Source: an uncultured Nitrososphaerales archaeon
GTDB lineage: Archaea > Thermoproteota > Nitrososphaeria > Nitrososphaerales > Nitrososphaeraceae
Length of the DNA: 46,018 bases
Assembly (NCBI GenBank): GCA_963709405.1
Contig: CAVPXM010000033.1
Span: 1-46,018 of the forward strand
Direction: 5' to 3'
Below the pieces are notes generated by a model. The model made no database searches. It was not told where the DNA came from and saw only the letters and a program-made list of their open reading frames with translations. Both the position numbers and the translations under genes were made by a program. This document shows, one piece after another, positions 11,013 through 21,967 of this stretch (position 1 is its first letter; each line of letters starts with the position of its first letter).

Positions 11013-11588
11013 TTGAGACAGATGGAAGAAAGTCAACATAGTGAAGCTGGACCCACCCTTAGTAATCATGAAGTTAACACCAAAGCTGAGCAAGTTTTTC
11101 CAGAATTACCGCAGTTTCAAAAAATATTGGTTCCGTACGATGGATCGAAAATGTCTGATAAGGCTTTGAGCTACGCGATATATCTATCAAAAATTTCCTC
11201 TTCCGATATTTTTATTCTTAACATAGTAGAAAAATACAGTGATTTAAAGGAAGTGCTACCTACTACGATTAAAGCGGAATTGGGAGAAGGGAAAGAATGG
11301 GACAAAATTTCGAATAAAGATTTGCACGTTCGGATAGAAGGTGCGTTGAGACAGGTTATAGAAGACAAAGTAAGATTATGCAAAGAAGCCGGAGTCGTGA
11401 GGAACATTACATTTGAAATTCATACAGGCAATCCAGCTGAGGAGATAATCAAAGTCGCCAGTAGGACTGAATTTGGCGTACTGGTCATGGCAAGCCATAG
11501 GCTGACTTCAACATTTAGAGGAATTGGCAGTACTACCAGAAGGGTTATAGATACTATCAAGAAACCAGTATTAGTAATATTTAATTGA
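11013..11588 (+). CDS. Universal stress protein (UspA family)
   Basis: KILVPYDGSKMSDKAL, GNPAEEII, LVMASH...IGSTTRRV...KKPVLVI. Start is TTG 11013 or ATG 11022. Confidence 0.92.
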   Translation: MRQMEESQHSEAGPTLSNHEVNTKAEQVFPELPQFQKILVPYDGSKMSDKALSYAIYLSKISSSDIFILNIVEKYSDLKEVLPTTIKAELGEGKEWDKISNKDLHVRIEGALRQVIEDKVRLCKEAGVVRNITFEIHTGNPAEEIIKVASRTEFGVLVMASHRLTSTFRGIGSTTRRVIDTIKKPVLVIFN

Positions 11589-12577
11589 TATTATCGATCG
11601 ATAATACTTAACTAGAATAGTTACGTTGAATTGTTCAATCTTTCTATGAAGATGTCGTCTCACCCCCAATTTCCAACTTAGTTGTGTGTCTGACATATAT
11701 TGAGGTCAATCCGTAAACCCAAAGATAGCGCTGAAATGTGCTGTACAGAAAAAGGTGAGCAGTTCAGGATAGCGTTGAACATTCTCTTGGAAGCTGTTCT
11801 GCACTTTAGGTGCTTTTAAGTGACGATAAGTTCAAGATGTAGAGTATCTCTGGTCATTTTGCTAAGAGTTAGTGAAACGTTGCAGCCATAAAATTAGTTA
11901 AAGAATTAAGGTTCCGAATTCAAGTTGCCATCTCGGAATTGTGGCCGAGTGAGCCATGGTCCAATACAAAGATTTTCAAACCTTGAAGTATCGTTATAGC
12001 TCTTGAAGATTTAAGTAGTCACAATATATTAGTATCCTGAAAATAAGTAAAATCGTTACTGTCTACTTATACTCAATGCACTTGGCATGAAGTACGTAAT
12101 GATACGATCGTTCGAATGGCAGAATCCTGCAAGAATGGCCAAATATTTTTATTGGTAATTCAAGGATGATTGCAAAAGTATCGTCCTGATTTCACTCCAT
12201 ATGCAGCCGCTCAGTCTTATGATGCATTTGTCGAATTACATGTTGTTTTTAAAGGTCAACTTTGGTCGTTTCTATTAAAAGAATTGAATAACGGAATCCA
12301 ATTCAACCTCGAGTCTCCAGAAATAGAAGTATGTGTTTGATCTGGCGTAGTAAACAGTATTCTGAAATGACTTTGACCCTGTGTTCCTAAGTGCGGTGGG
12401 TACTGTAACACAAGTATATTTATTATGAAAAATACGAGCAAAGTTAAAGCAACTGAGCGAATGGAAAGACGCGGAAGCTTTCCAATACGAAATAACCTAG
12501 TTTTTGCTTATTTTTGCCGAACAAGATGTCCAAGAATAGGAACAATGCTTAAGTATATCTAATCGTTCTCATGTCTA

Positions 12578-12874
12578 ATGAGCAGAGTTAATTCAATAAC
12601 GAGTGGCTTTCTAATTGCGGCTGTTATAGTTGCATTAACAATATCCCCAATACTCTTAACGGATCACGCAGCAAAGGCAGCAGGTACTTCAGTTGGCAAA
12701 ACCGTACAATGTGACACCTCAAAGCATACCAAAAACTATTGTGATGGTTTTACTATCGGCAAAACCGATTGTAGAGATGGTCGCGCGTATGATGGTAATA
12801 GTGCAGCTCATACAACTGACTGGAAAGGTGGATATAGAGCAGGCTGGACTGGCGCTGGTTGCCACGTACCGTAA
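12578..12874 (+). CDS. Small secreted protein with four Cys and an internal HTxxY/WxxGF/YxxG repeat
   Basis: Signal peptide; HTKNYCDGFTIG and HTTDWKGGYRAG; T-tract terminator-like sequence at ~12902-12915. Confidence 0.75.
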   Translation: MSRVNSITSGFLIAAVIVALTISPILLTDHAAKAAGTSVGKTVQCDTSKHTKNYCDGFTIGKTDCRDGRAYDGNSAAHTTDWKGGYRAGWTGAGCHVP

Positions 12875-13725
12875 ATAACGTTACTTTTGGCTGAGCCAAC
12901 GTTCTTTTTTTATTTAATATATGCTTTTACTCTTCAGCCTTCAAGAATTCCTACTATCATTAAAATTTTTTGAGATGAGGCTATAGCACGTATCCTGACG
13001 CACGTATTTTACTCATTCTCTATGCTTCTTGTGAATCTTGACTGATTTGCCTATGGTAGCCTGGAAATATCATCTAAAAGCAGCATCTATAATGAGTCCC
13101 AAGCTAGGGATCCCAACTGAGAGTATACGTTCATGCTTATATTGGCTCAATCGGAATGCTCCTCAGCACCTATGTATCATTTGTTAATATTTAGTAGATC
13201 ATATATTTTTACGATCAACGTAGTACTGACAAGTATAATATCCTGCATCAAATGTATAGCGATATTTGCTAGAGTTGGGAGATGTGATTGAGACGGCTAC
13301 AGCTACCTTGATTGTATTTGATATGTCGATAACTAGCATTATGAACCATGAGATCGAAAAAGCCTGAAAATACTAGTCAACTAACTAACATTGAAGAATT
13401 CGAAGATAGCCGTCCAATAGTCTGAATCCAGTCAGGGGTATAATGAACTAACAAATGGATTAACTAACGTAACTTAAACGAGATCTTAAAATTGGATTTA
13501 TATGGCGAGGTTCCACTTGTAAAGAACAGTAATCGATTATATTCGTTTTACAAAAAAAAGAACAAAAGAAATTATTATCTAAAAGAGGCAGGCTGAGAGG
13601 AAAGTCGATATTTGCATAGAGGTGATAGAGGATTCAATGGCGTCGACTTATTCAATATATTTTGACAATCATGGGATGCATCCAATTCTGGTATAAAAAC
13701 AAAGTACAACAGTAAAACGTCTAAG

Positions 13726-13990
13726 AACCCATCCCAAAAATAGATAGACATATAGCTTGTGACTTTCCTGCTCATAAGTGTGGCTTACGATAGAGTCAAG
13801 TATCTTCCAACTGTCAAAAGAATCCCCGATGAGTTATGGGATGAGATAAAAGATGGGTTGTAGAAAGAACTAACTCCTGGCAAGTTCAGAAAACTTTTAG
13901 TTAGATATGAGAAGAAGTTAGAAAACTATTTTGCGTTAGTATGTTTCGGCTGTTGCATTGTTATCTACAGGAGGACAATTTTGGGATAGG
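13726..13990 (+). mobile_element. Internally deleted IS5-family element (MITE-like, ~265 bp)
   Basis: Imperfect TIRs ACCCATCCCAAAA / TTTTGGGATAGG(C), with CTAAG on both sides. The transposase N-terminus (RIPDELWDEIK) is joined directly to the C-terminus (RWVVERTNSW../FRKLLVRYEKKLENY). Confidence 0.85.
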
Positions 13991-14119
13991 CTAAGTAGAA
14001 TCAGTAATCAAATGAATTATTCAAAAATATCAAGAAGTGATTCTGATGACATTGCAACGAAAATTGGTGGATCTTAGTAAAAAACATTATTATCCCTAAA
14101 TAATTTTATATTATGTGCC

Positions 14120-14770
14120 GTGGTCCAAGAGATATCTTTCACTGGTCACTCACACAAGTATTGTGTATGCTTTGTAGATATGGTAGAATCTACAAAGATT
14201 TCCGCCACCTTAGATCCAGAAAAGATGAAGAGGTACTATTCTATTTTTATCAACATGATGGCAGCAATAGCCAGAGATAATGATGCAAATGTAATAAAAA
14301 ATACGGGCGATAGTATCATATTCTATTTTCCAAAGACATCAGATTCCACTTATCTACCTGCATTCAATGATGTTCTTGATTGTGGTTTTATAATGCTTGG
14401 AGTAGATCTCATTATTAACGAAAAATTGACAGAGGAAGGATTGCCCCACCTTCACTATAGGATTAGTGCAGATTACGGAAGGGTTGATCTCGCTAAATCA
14501 TTAACATCCACAAGTGAAGATATATTCGGTCCGACTGTAAATATTTGTGCAAAGATAAACCCCATCGCATCCCCAAACTGTATGGTTATTGGCAATGATC
14601 TTTATAAAATTGTAAAGCATACTTGCGATGGAAAAGACTATACCTTTAAGAGAGTTGGTGAATATTCGATTGAAGATCTGGAATTGAGATACCCTGTATT
14701 TTCCGTAATGAGCATGGCCAAAAATAATAGTAGAAATAAAGCCATCAGGATGTATAAAGATATTTTCTGA
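14120..14770 (+). CDS. Class III adenylate/guanylate cyclase domain protein
   Basis: VCFVDMVEST (metal Asp), IKNTGDSIIFYF, YRISADYG, DIFGPTVNICAKI. Confidence 0.9.
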   Translation: MVQEISFTGHSHKYCVCFVDMVESTKISATLDPEKMKRYYSIFINMMAAIARDNDANVIKNTGDSIIFYFPKTSDSTYLPAFNDVLDCGFIMLGVDLIINEKLTEEGLPHLHYRISADYGRVDLAKSLTSTSEDIFGPTVNICAKINPIASPNCMVIGNDLYKIVKHTCDGKDYTFKRVGEYSIEDLELRYPVFSVMSMAKNNSRNKAIRMYKDIF

Positions 14771-15736
14771 CTTGGAAATATCGCATCTTTGGTATTGTGC
14801 GATTTACCAAATAAATAGTCCTTGTTCGCATATACAGTGCACTAAGTAATACGAGACTCAAGCTATCGCTCCTTTCTATAGAAATCGTTGAAATTTGCTG
14901 TATGCACATGCCGATAGAATGCCGGATACAAACTTGGTTCTCTTGTCATCTAATGTATCGGATTCTACGTGTCGATAATGTATTCTTTATTGCTCTAATT
15001 CTTTGTAGTTGATCACCTTTAGCGTGGCAAGCTCACTTAAATTGTAGGGGTGTAAAAGCCACTCACTCATGTGTTTACATGTCCATCCGCAGCTATTACT
15101 GCAAACCAGCCAGTCACTTACTGCTCAATGAACAATTCTAGCATCGAGAAATATATCTAACTTGCCACCTAGCTCCTAACAATTCACAGGTCAAACTAAG
15201 ATCTCCTACAGTCGATTCACTATCAATCCTTGGATGCCTCCGTTGGATTGTTAGCGAAAGGTTGACTAGCATAGGGGCGGATGTGGGCGCGGCAAAGTAT
15301 TAGTTGAATCATCAAGTCACTTGTTCCACAGATTTGTTACCGAGGGAGCGACCTCCTTTACATGACGAGACAGTTTTCATAAATCACTTCTGCACGAACT
15401 ATCGTGAAAAGACTCGATTTAACTAATTTGGTTCGGTTAAGGGTCGGCGAAAGAGTTTACAAAAGATTTGTTCCCACATGACTAAGATATAATACTACTT
15501 ATACATGACATTGGTACGACTGCGATTATAATTAAGAAACCTTTTATCGTCAACATGTTTAGGCGCGATGTTTAATTTTTAGAACTTATATTATTGAAAT
15601 AGATATCAAGAATGTAGACTACTCCAAATCGCTCGTTGGACATTCAAAAAAATGTTGTCCATTTAAACATACTAATATAAAATGAGTCCAGAAAACTAAA
15701 GGAAATCATGAAGCGTGACTTTAATTACTAATTCAG

Positions 15737-16839
15737 CTATGGTTTTGCCTCGTACACTATGTTAAACGATGTCTGAGCTGCTCGTCTAAAATGCTTAAAA
15801 CCACCTGACTTTACTACTTGTGATATACCGGGTTCACCTGCTTGTGCCCCGAGTGCAGGTCCATTGAGGCTTAATGACACGGGTACGCACACCATAGTGG
15901 AAGCGAGCATAATTTAATCGACCTAGAGGATTCAGATTATCTTCAAGTTTGTTATTCGCAAATGGTTCTACTATCATTACAGTTCCTTCAGGCTTCTTTA
16001 ATGCTTTTAATGCATATGCTGCCTGCCCCTTCAGGATCTTCCATATCATGTAAACAATCAAAGTATGCAATTAAATCATATCCTTCATTAGTAATCATTG
16101 GAAAGTTAGTAGAAGGTGCAACTTTAAAGGTTATTCTATCTTCATCTAATCCCTCTTCTTTCGCTTTATTTCGTGCATATTCTATTGATTCTGCGTGGTT
16201 ATCAAATCCATAAAAGCTTGAATCCGGATAAGCCTTTGCCATAAGGATGGTAGAAACTCCATGGCCACATCCAATATCCGCAACCTTTAGACCACCTTTC
16301 TCAAGTCTCTCTTCTACCTTACCATTATCAAGAGCGGGGATCCAAGAACTTACAAGATTTGCCATATAGCCTGGTTTAAACAATCTTTCTGTTCCTTCAA
16401 ATAGGTCTCTATCGTGGTCTCCCCATGTTATTCCTTTGCCTGTCTTGAATACTTCTAATATTTTTGGAGCATCTTTGTAAAGCGACATTAAAATCTGAAA
16501 ACCTCCAGCAACATAGACAGGACTAGTTTCATTAACAAGTGCTTGTGCATGTTCAATTGGTAGTGTGAATCTTTTAGATGAAGAATCGTATGTGATGTAT
16601 CCACCGGCAGCCTGGTTAGCAAGCCATTCTCGTATATAGCGCTCGGACGTTCCAGTATTATTTGCAAGTTCTTGTGAAGTTATCGGTTTTCCAAAATCAA
16701 ACATAGCTCTATACAATCCGAGTCTATCCCCGATGTAGGTCAAAATTGCACTTGCCGCGCCACCAAAATCAGACAACACCTTTCCCATAAAATGGTCAAG
16801 TTTCTCTTGATTAAAGCTCGGGGTAGCTGTCATTGTCAT
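15737..16839 (-). pseudogene. Class I SAM-dependent methyltransferase with N-terminal winged helix (Rv2258c-like); two +1 frameshifts, possibly artefactual
   Basis: IGDRLGLY, ERYIREWL, VADIGCGHG, FDCLHDM. Removing one base near 16024 and one at 15905 restores DPEGAAAYAL...YAASTMVCVP...ALGAQAGE...FNIVYEAKP*. Confidence 0.88.
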
Positions 16840-16999
16840 AATGGAATCCTACTGGTTATATATTATTCTTGACTTTGAAGTTCTAGGTTTGTCCCTGAGT
16901 AGGTTCTTGTGCGGTAGACTATTAAGATGTCTTTAATTAAAGGTATCACTCATTAATACGCAAAATTCATCGATAACAAATTTTGATATTTAAAAAGAA

Positions 17000-17287
17000 A
17001 TGCAGAGTTTGAAGTTTAAACTAGTTGCATATGTACCATGCAAGCAAACCAACTGGAGCCAGACATAAGCCGATGGACTTGCCCAAAAAGTAAACTGTAC
17101 GTTACATGAATTTAAAGTCAATTTTGATAAGATGAATTGGCCAGTCTTAGGGGATTTAAGGGATCACGTGAAAACTGTATCATATAAGGACTTTAGATCA
17201 AAAAAAGGAAACGAAACATTTGGTGGCTTATCATTAGAATTTTTGTATTTGATGACTGACAATCAGAATACTCGATGTCATATCTAA
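17000..17287 (+). pseudogene. Possible ~95-codon gene with one in-frame TAA
   Basis: MQSLKFKLVAYVPCKQTNWSQT*ADGLAQKVNCTLHEFKVNFDK...GGLSLEFLYL... is open apart from one stop; no family recognised. Confidence 0.3.
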
Positions 17288-17539
17288 TGCAATAATATTT
17301 CACGAATTTGGCTTCATCTACCTGCCTATATTGACCAAGAATAGCTGGGAAAGACCAAGATATACATTGCTGTCTTCATCCTCCTTCGTTTGTTTAGCAA
17401 AAATGGACGGCCCCAAGTCTAACAATTTCTTTTCCTCTGATACCTGCCTCGATTTATCGTACGTCTGTCCAATATTAGCGCAGATTTAGCTAAGGACGTA
17501 TCGTGACTAATACGAATGCGCCTGAAGTGACCCGAATCG

Positions 17540-17836
17540 TTAATCGAAGGTCAAAGATTCCTTGAACATATTTTTTAACCGCTTTTGTTCATGAATGGAC
17601 ATCAGATTGGCTTCGTCCTCAGTAACACGTTCTAGGAACTTTGCAACCTTATTGGGGCCCAAGATTTCTGCAAGTTGTTCTTGCGACCTTCCTTTCTCTA
17701 ATGAATTCAGTAACTTATTGACACTATCATCGGTTATTGCATTGGAATCGGGGGCAAGATCCTTTAATGCATTTTCTATAATCTTTCTTTGTACGCTTGT
17801 AATATCCTTAGGATTGAATACAGCGCCCATATACAC
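17540..17836 (-). CDS. Hypothetical helical protein, 98 aa
   Basis: Protein-like charged composition; TATA-like sequence at ~17855-17868 on the minus strand. Confidence 0.65.
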   Translation of the reverse strand: MYMGAVFNPKDITSVQRKIIENALKDLAPDSNAITDDSVNKLLNSLEKGRSQEQLAEILGPNKVAKFLERVTEDEANLMSIHEQKRLKNMFKESLTFD

Positions 17837-18158
17837 TTTGTATACAATCGTTGATTAAAAGGTTATATGACTTATTGCGTATAGCTCTTACGTCGAATCT
17901 TAACCTCATCTCCAATTTAGAAAAATAATTCATAGAATTATTCAGTTAGTGATTACTTTTGTTAACCCTCTCAACTTCTCGCAGTCTCATTTTTTAGCAA
18001 TTTGCTGAGATGATAAAAGGGCAATACCATAATTCAAATAATCTTTCGCAAAATACATGATAAAATAATAGTCGACTCAATAGTTCAATAAAATATACGT
18101 ATTTAATAAAACACTTTCATATAGGATCTGCGTATTATAAAGTAGAACAGAATAAAGA

Positions 18159-18380
18159 TTGCAACCACACGGTAAGCTTGGTGATTTCTGGGAAAGATAT
18201 TTGCAGTCAGAAGCAGAGATGCATTTTCAGGAATTATCGGCAATTACATATGAATTAGTTTCTGGGAGGACAAAATACACTCCAAAGCATGAGGATATGT
18301 ATATTAAACTCATCAGAAGGGACATGGGTTGGTTTATGATAGATATGATTTGGTTTAGAGAAAAGGAAACTAATACTTAG
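18159..18380 (+). CDS. Hypothetical protein, 73 aa
   Basis: TTG ORF with TTATAAA about 20 nt upstream; no recognisable motif. Confidence 0.35.
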   Translation: MQPHGKLGDFWERYLQSEAEMHFQELSAITYELVSGRTKYTPKHEDMYIKLIRRDMGWFMIDMIWFREKETNT

Positions 18381-19051
18381 CAGTTTATGTCTTCGATACC
18401 ATAACCTTAAACCCCAAAATATGCTTTGCTTATCGAATCGACTATTTGCAATCGCATTACAGATATTCTAAATACCGTTTAACTTCACTGATTGCAGTAG
18501 GTCCAATAGTAATAAAGCCAATAAGTGGTCATTATAGGTTGCTAAAATAGACTCACTCGACCAATCACATAGCCATCGGAATGAGTCAGTCTATCTATAG
18601 AGATAGTGGCTCATTTTCAAAAATGTTTATAATTGATACACAACACGTCGTGTAAGGAAACAATCTATCCAACGTAATTATTCTGGATCTGGAAAAAGCT
18701 CTATATGATACTGAGAGCATATGCCAACCATCTTCATGTAATATCCGCATCTTTTTTACTCTAGTGTATTAATATTTCGAGAACCGGTTTCTGATCATTA
18801 GGATGAAAAATTGGTAATATCGTTGTACCTAAGCAAAACTAGCTCAAATGATATTTCTGTCATAATAACATATTTAACAAAAGTGAACACGTCCATCTGC
18901 GAGTGGAAAAACTGCAGAAGTGTGAAAATGGCACTTGGTCATAGGTTATCACACATTGACGGTATTTTGACCCCAAAGACAGAGGCATTTTTCTTCTCAA
19001 AATAGATAAAAATACCACACACGACTTCTAGTACTAATAGTTAATAATAAT

Positions 19052-19533
19052 ATGAGCATAATAGCTGAAATAAATCTAAGCGATAACAAGATCATCAGAC
19101 TTGTAAAAGGAGACATTACAGAAAGAAAAGTCGATGCCATCCTAAATGCTGCAAATTCTTATCTTAGACATGGCGGTGGAGTGGCTGCTCGCGATTGTAA
19201 GAAAGGGTGGAGCAACAATACAGCAAGAAAGCAATAAAATAGGTTTTGTTCCAGTCGGATCCGCCGCTATTACAACAGCGGGAAAACTTCCATGTAAAGC
19301 AATAATACATGCTGTTGGTCCCAGAATGGGTGAAGGAGACGAAAATAACAAATTAAGAAAGGCAGTTAGAAGTAGTCTGGTACTAGCATCAGAAAAATGC
19401 TTTAGAAGCATTTCGTATGCCAGCAATAAGCTCAGGGATATTTGGTTTTCCAAAAGATAGATGCGCACAGATACTAGTAAACGAGACTAAAGGGTTCCTT
19501 GAAGTGAAATCTACACTCAAGTTTGACACGTAG
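19052..19533 (+). pseudogene. Macrodomain protein (O-acetyl-ADP-ribose deacetylase/YmdB-like), two +1 frameshifts
   Basis: [28 protein letters not shown]|AIVRKGG...IIHAVGP...RSIS|[14 protein letters not shown]; shifts at ~19190 and ~19416. Confidence 0.92.
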
Positions 19534-19924
19534 AAGCGATTTAATCTTTGTCTCTCAGATCGTTGTGGTTCAATAATCCTGTATCTAATAAATCGACTTG
19601 TCTCCGTTTGAAAACACAACAGTTCGGAGCCATGAAGATCTTTGTGTCTAATATAATTTTATTGTACAGTTTCAGTTAAGTCGTAAGGTTCGAACTACGT
19701 TTGGTATGCCTATTGATGCATTTTGGACCTTTTTTAATCTGATTCTATCTTGAGGTATAGCTCGTCGACGTTTGCGTAGATCCAAATATTAATCCTCGTT
19801 TATTTAGTTAAGATTCCCATTTTACTTCGGGTTTGTTAACGCGTTATTGCTTTTTCTGGCCCATTTGAATTTTTTGGCGTTCTTTTAAAGGATAGCCAAT
19901 TATCCATATAGCTGAATATGTGCT

Positions 19925-19996
19925 TCGTATTTCAATTATACTAGTACACTTTTATATGCGAACGTTCTGTAACTATGTAGTAGTAGAATGCTAGTA
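19925..19996 (+). repeat. 72-bp direct repeat, copy 1 (contains TTTTATA)
   Basis: tcgtatttcaattatactagtacacttttatatgcgaacgttctgtaactatgtagtagtagaatgctagta; identical to 21812-21884 apart from one indel. Confidence 0.95.
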
Positions 19997-20388
19997 GTAC
20001 GGAACGGGACGTGAGACCTAGCTAGAATTAATGCCAAAAAACTAAAGTGTATTATTGTCTCAGTTCTATGATAAGTAACAATAATATCAGTTTCGCTTCA
20101 AACGATGAGAATCCGGAAATACGGTCTTGTCTACGTATTCTATTTATGGACGGCGTCATGATCGAACCAAAAAGTTATATATAAATCGAAGGACAAGTTC
20201 AAAAGATTAGCTGACGGCTTTTCGGGGTTATATATTAATGGGCCTGTTGATCCCTCCGACATAATTCGTTGCATATTGTAGCAATTATCAAATTGTAGCT
20301 TCGCAGTCATGTATGTACTGTCGATGCACTGTTCTAAAGGTTTATTCAGTAAGATTAAGTGCGAAAGGAGGATTCTTTGATAGCAATG

Positions 20389-20664
20389 TTATGCTATCTT
20401 ATCGAGTATCTCAACTGCAATTACAGAATAGTCTAGTGCTTCCACTTCAATGCCATTTGATGCAAAAAATATTGTATCTCTACTATGGCCGGCTCCCAGC
20501 TCCAATACTTTAGTTACGTGGTTAGTCTTCATACGACTAAAACAAAGCAAGGCAAATTTGCTAGGCTCATCTCCAAAGAAAGTCCTATCTGATTTGTAGA
20601 CTTTATTCCAGACTTCCTTTCTTCATTGTTTTTCTATATAAGATTCAGGTTCAGGTTCAACAAC
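20389..20664 (-). pseudogene. N-terminal remnant of a class I SAM methyltransferase (TehB-like)
   Basis: Manual translation: EPEPESYIEKQ*RKEVWNKVY...FFGDEPSKFA...KVLELGAGHSRDTIFFASNGIEVEALDYSVIAV..KIA*. Motif I is present and the gene is truncated. Confidence 0.8.
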
Positions 20665-21048
20665 TGTAAGGCTCCTACAGGTAATGCTAAAGCTGTTGAT
20701 AAAATAATGATTTGTATAACAATAGATTAACTGTTTCAACAGTCAGAATACATGATGTTTCTGGGGTAACTAGAAGAAGGATGCTAGAAATTGACCTAAT
20801 CAATCCATAGGTTCCAATACACCAGGAAGTTTATATTTCATGAATAAATTAAATTATTAAATTCAAAGTTATTAACACGCACTATCATAATTGTAGAATG
20901 AATATAGAGAAGTTATATAGTACAAGGTTCTATAGTATAGAATGATAGACGATGAAACATTGTGTTTGCGGTGCTGTTGTCTCTTTTTGAGTCAATTAAA
21001 TGAGAAAACATCCTTTATCAAAGAGCAATCACTCTTGAGGAGGATGCA

Positions 21049-21309
21049 GTGGATATTGTAAGTATACTTCAAACTCAGATAGAAAAAGATGAGAACGAGA
21101 ACAGCAACAACAATAATAGCGGTAATCAGACTTTATACAAACAAGCAATACATTTCTTAATATGCGACTCATGTTTTTGGTGTGCTTCCTGTATTAGGGT
21201 GGATGCGCCTGTCAAATGTCCTTCCTGCGATGATAATGAAGTAGAATCGATGCCAATAACTAGCGAAATTCATGAATTTGATTATGATCTTACATTGGGG
21301 CAGTACTAG
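21049..21309 (+). CDS. Small Cys-rich zinc-ribbon protein
   Basis: HFLICDSCFWCASCI...KCPSC...VESMPI; GGAGG upstream of the GTG start. Confidence 0.7.
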   Translation: MDIVSILQTQIEKDENENSNNNNSGNQTLYKQAIHFLICDSCFWCASCIRVDAPVKCPSCDDNEVESMPITSEIHEFDYDLTLGQY

Positions 21310-21379
21310 AATTCTTCTTTGATTCACAGGATGGGATTACGAAAATTAAGGATAAGAAGGAGGTTACAAACAGAACTAA

Positions 21380-21634
21380 ATGAATATCGGTGAATCAGAG
21401 GTGCTTCTTACAATGGTTGCAAAAACATGTGGGTGTGCTGAAAGAAATAAACGTAAAATAACATATGCGTTCATCGATTCTTACCATAGTCTTTGTCTAG
21501 ATAAGTAGGACATTATTGGGTCTGAATTAATGGCCTGCGAAAAACTTCTAAAATACACGACAGAGGAAAACGATAGACAGATCATAGAAATAGAAATAGC
21601 AGAACTAAAGATGGCATTGGATCTTCTGTCTTGA
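21380..21634 (+). pseudogene. Cys-containing ~84-aa protein with an in-frame TAG (21506-21508)
   Basis: MNIGESEVLLTMVAKTCGC...YHSLCLDK*DIIGSELMACEKLLKY...IAELKMALDLLS*; GGAGG upstream; single nonsense codon. Confidence 0.7.
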
Positions 21635-21811
21635 AAGAAGTTAGATTATTACTAAACAAGAATGTTGATGTTTGGATGTGATAAGCCTCATAGCAACTCA
21701 AATCAGTAGTGAGGAGTAGATCTGAACGATAAACGCGTAAAAATGATTATGCACAGAAATGGGCTTCAGAGTTTCATAAAGTTAACAAAGTAAGTCCTTG
21801 AGCAATATATA

Positions 21812-21884
21812 TCGTATTTCCAATTATACTAGTACACTTTTATATGCGAACGTTCTGTAACTATGTAGTAGTAGAATGCTAGTA
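21812..21884 (+). repeat. 72-bp direct repeat, copy 2, upstream of the C2H2 zinc-finger gene
   Basis: Matches 19925-19996. Confidence 0.95.
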
Positions 21885-21899
21885 AAATCATGCATTGCT

Positions 21900-21932
21900 T
21901 GCAGTGACTGCAGTTACCTTGCAGTTACTGCA
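21900..21932. promoter_or_regulatory. Two 13-bp palindromes TGCAGT-N-ACTGCA, 20 bp apart (operator-like)
   Basis: tgcagtgactgca at 21900-21912 and tgcagttactgca at 21920-21932. Confidence 0.55.
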
Positions 21933-21967
21933 CACATTAGACTAGTGCACCCAGGAGGCCTATCTAG

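Noticed and set aside
15000-15480. GC-richer intergenic stretch as an ncRNA or intron fragment
   Set aside because: Only short hairpins; no group II domain V, tRNA or other recognisable fold, and no convincing ORF.
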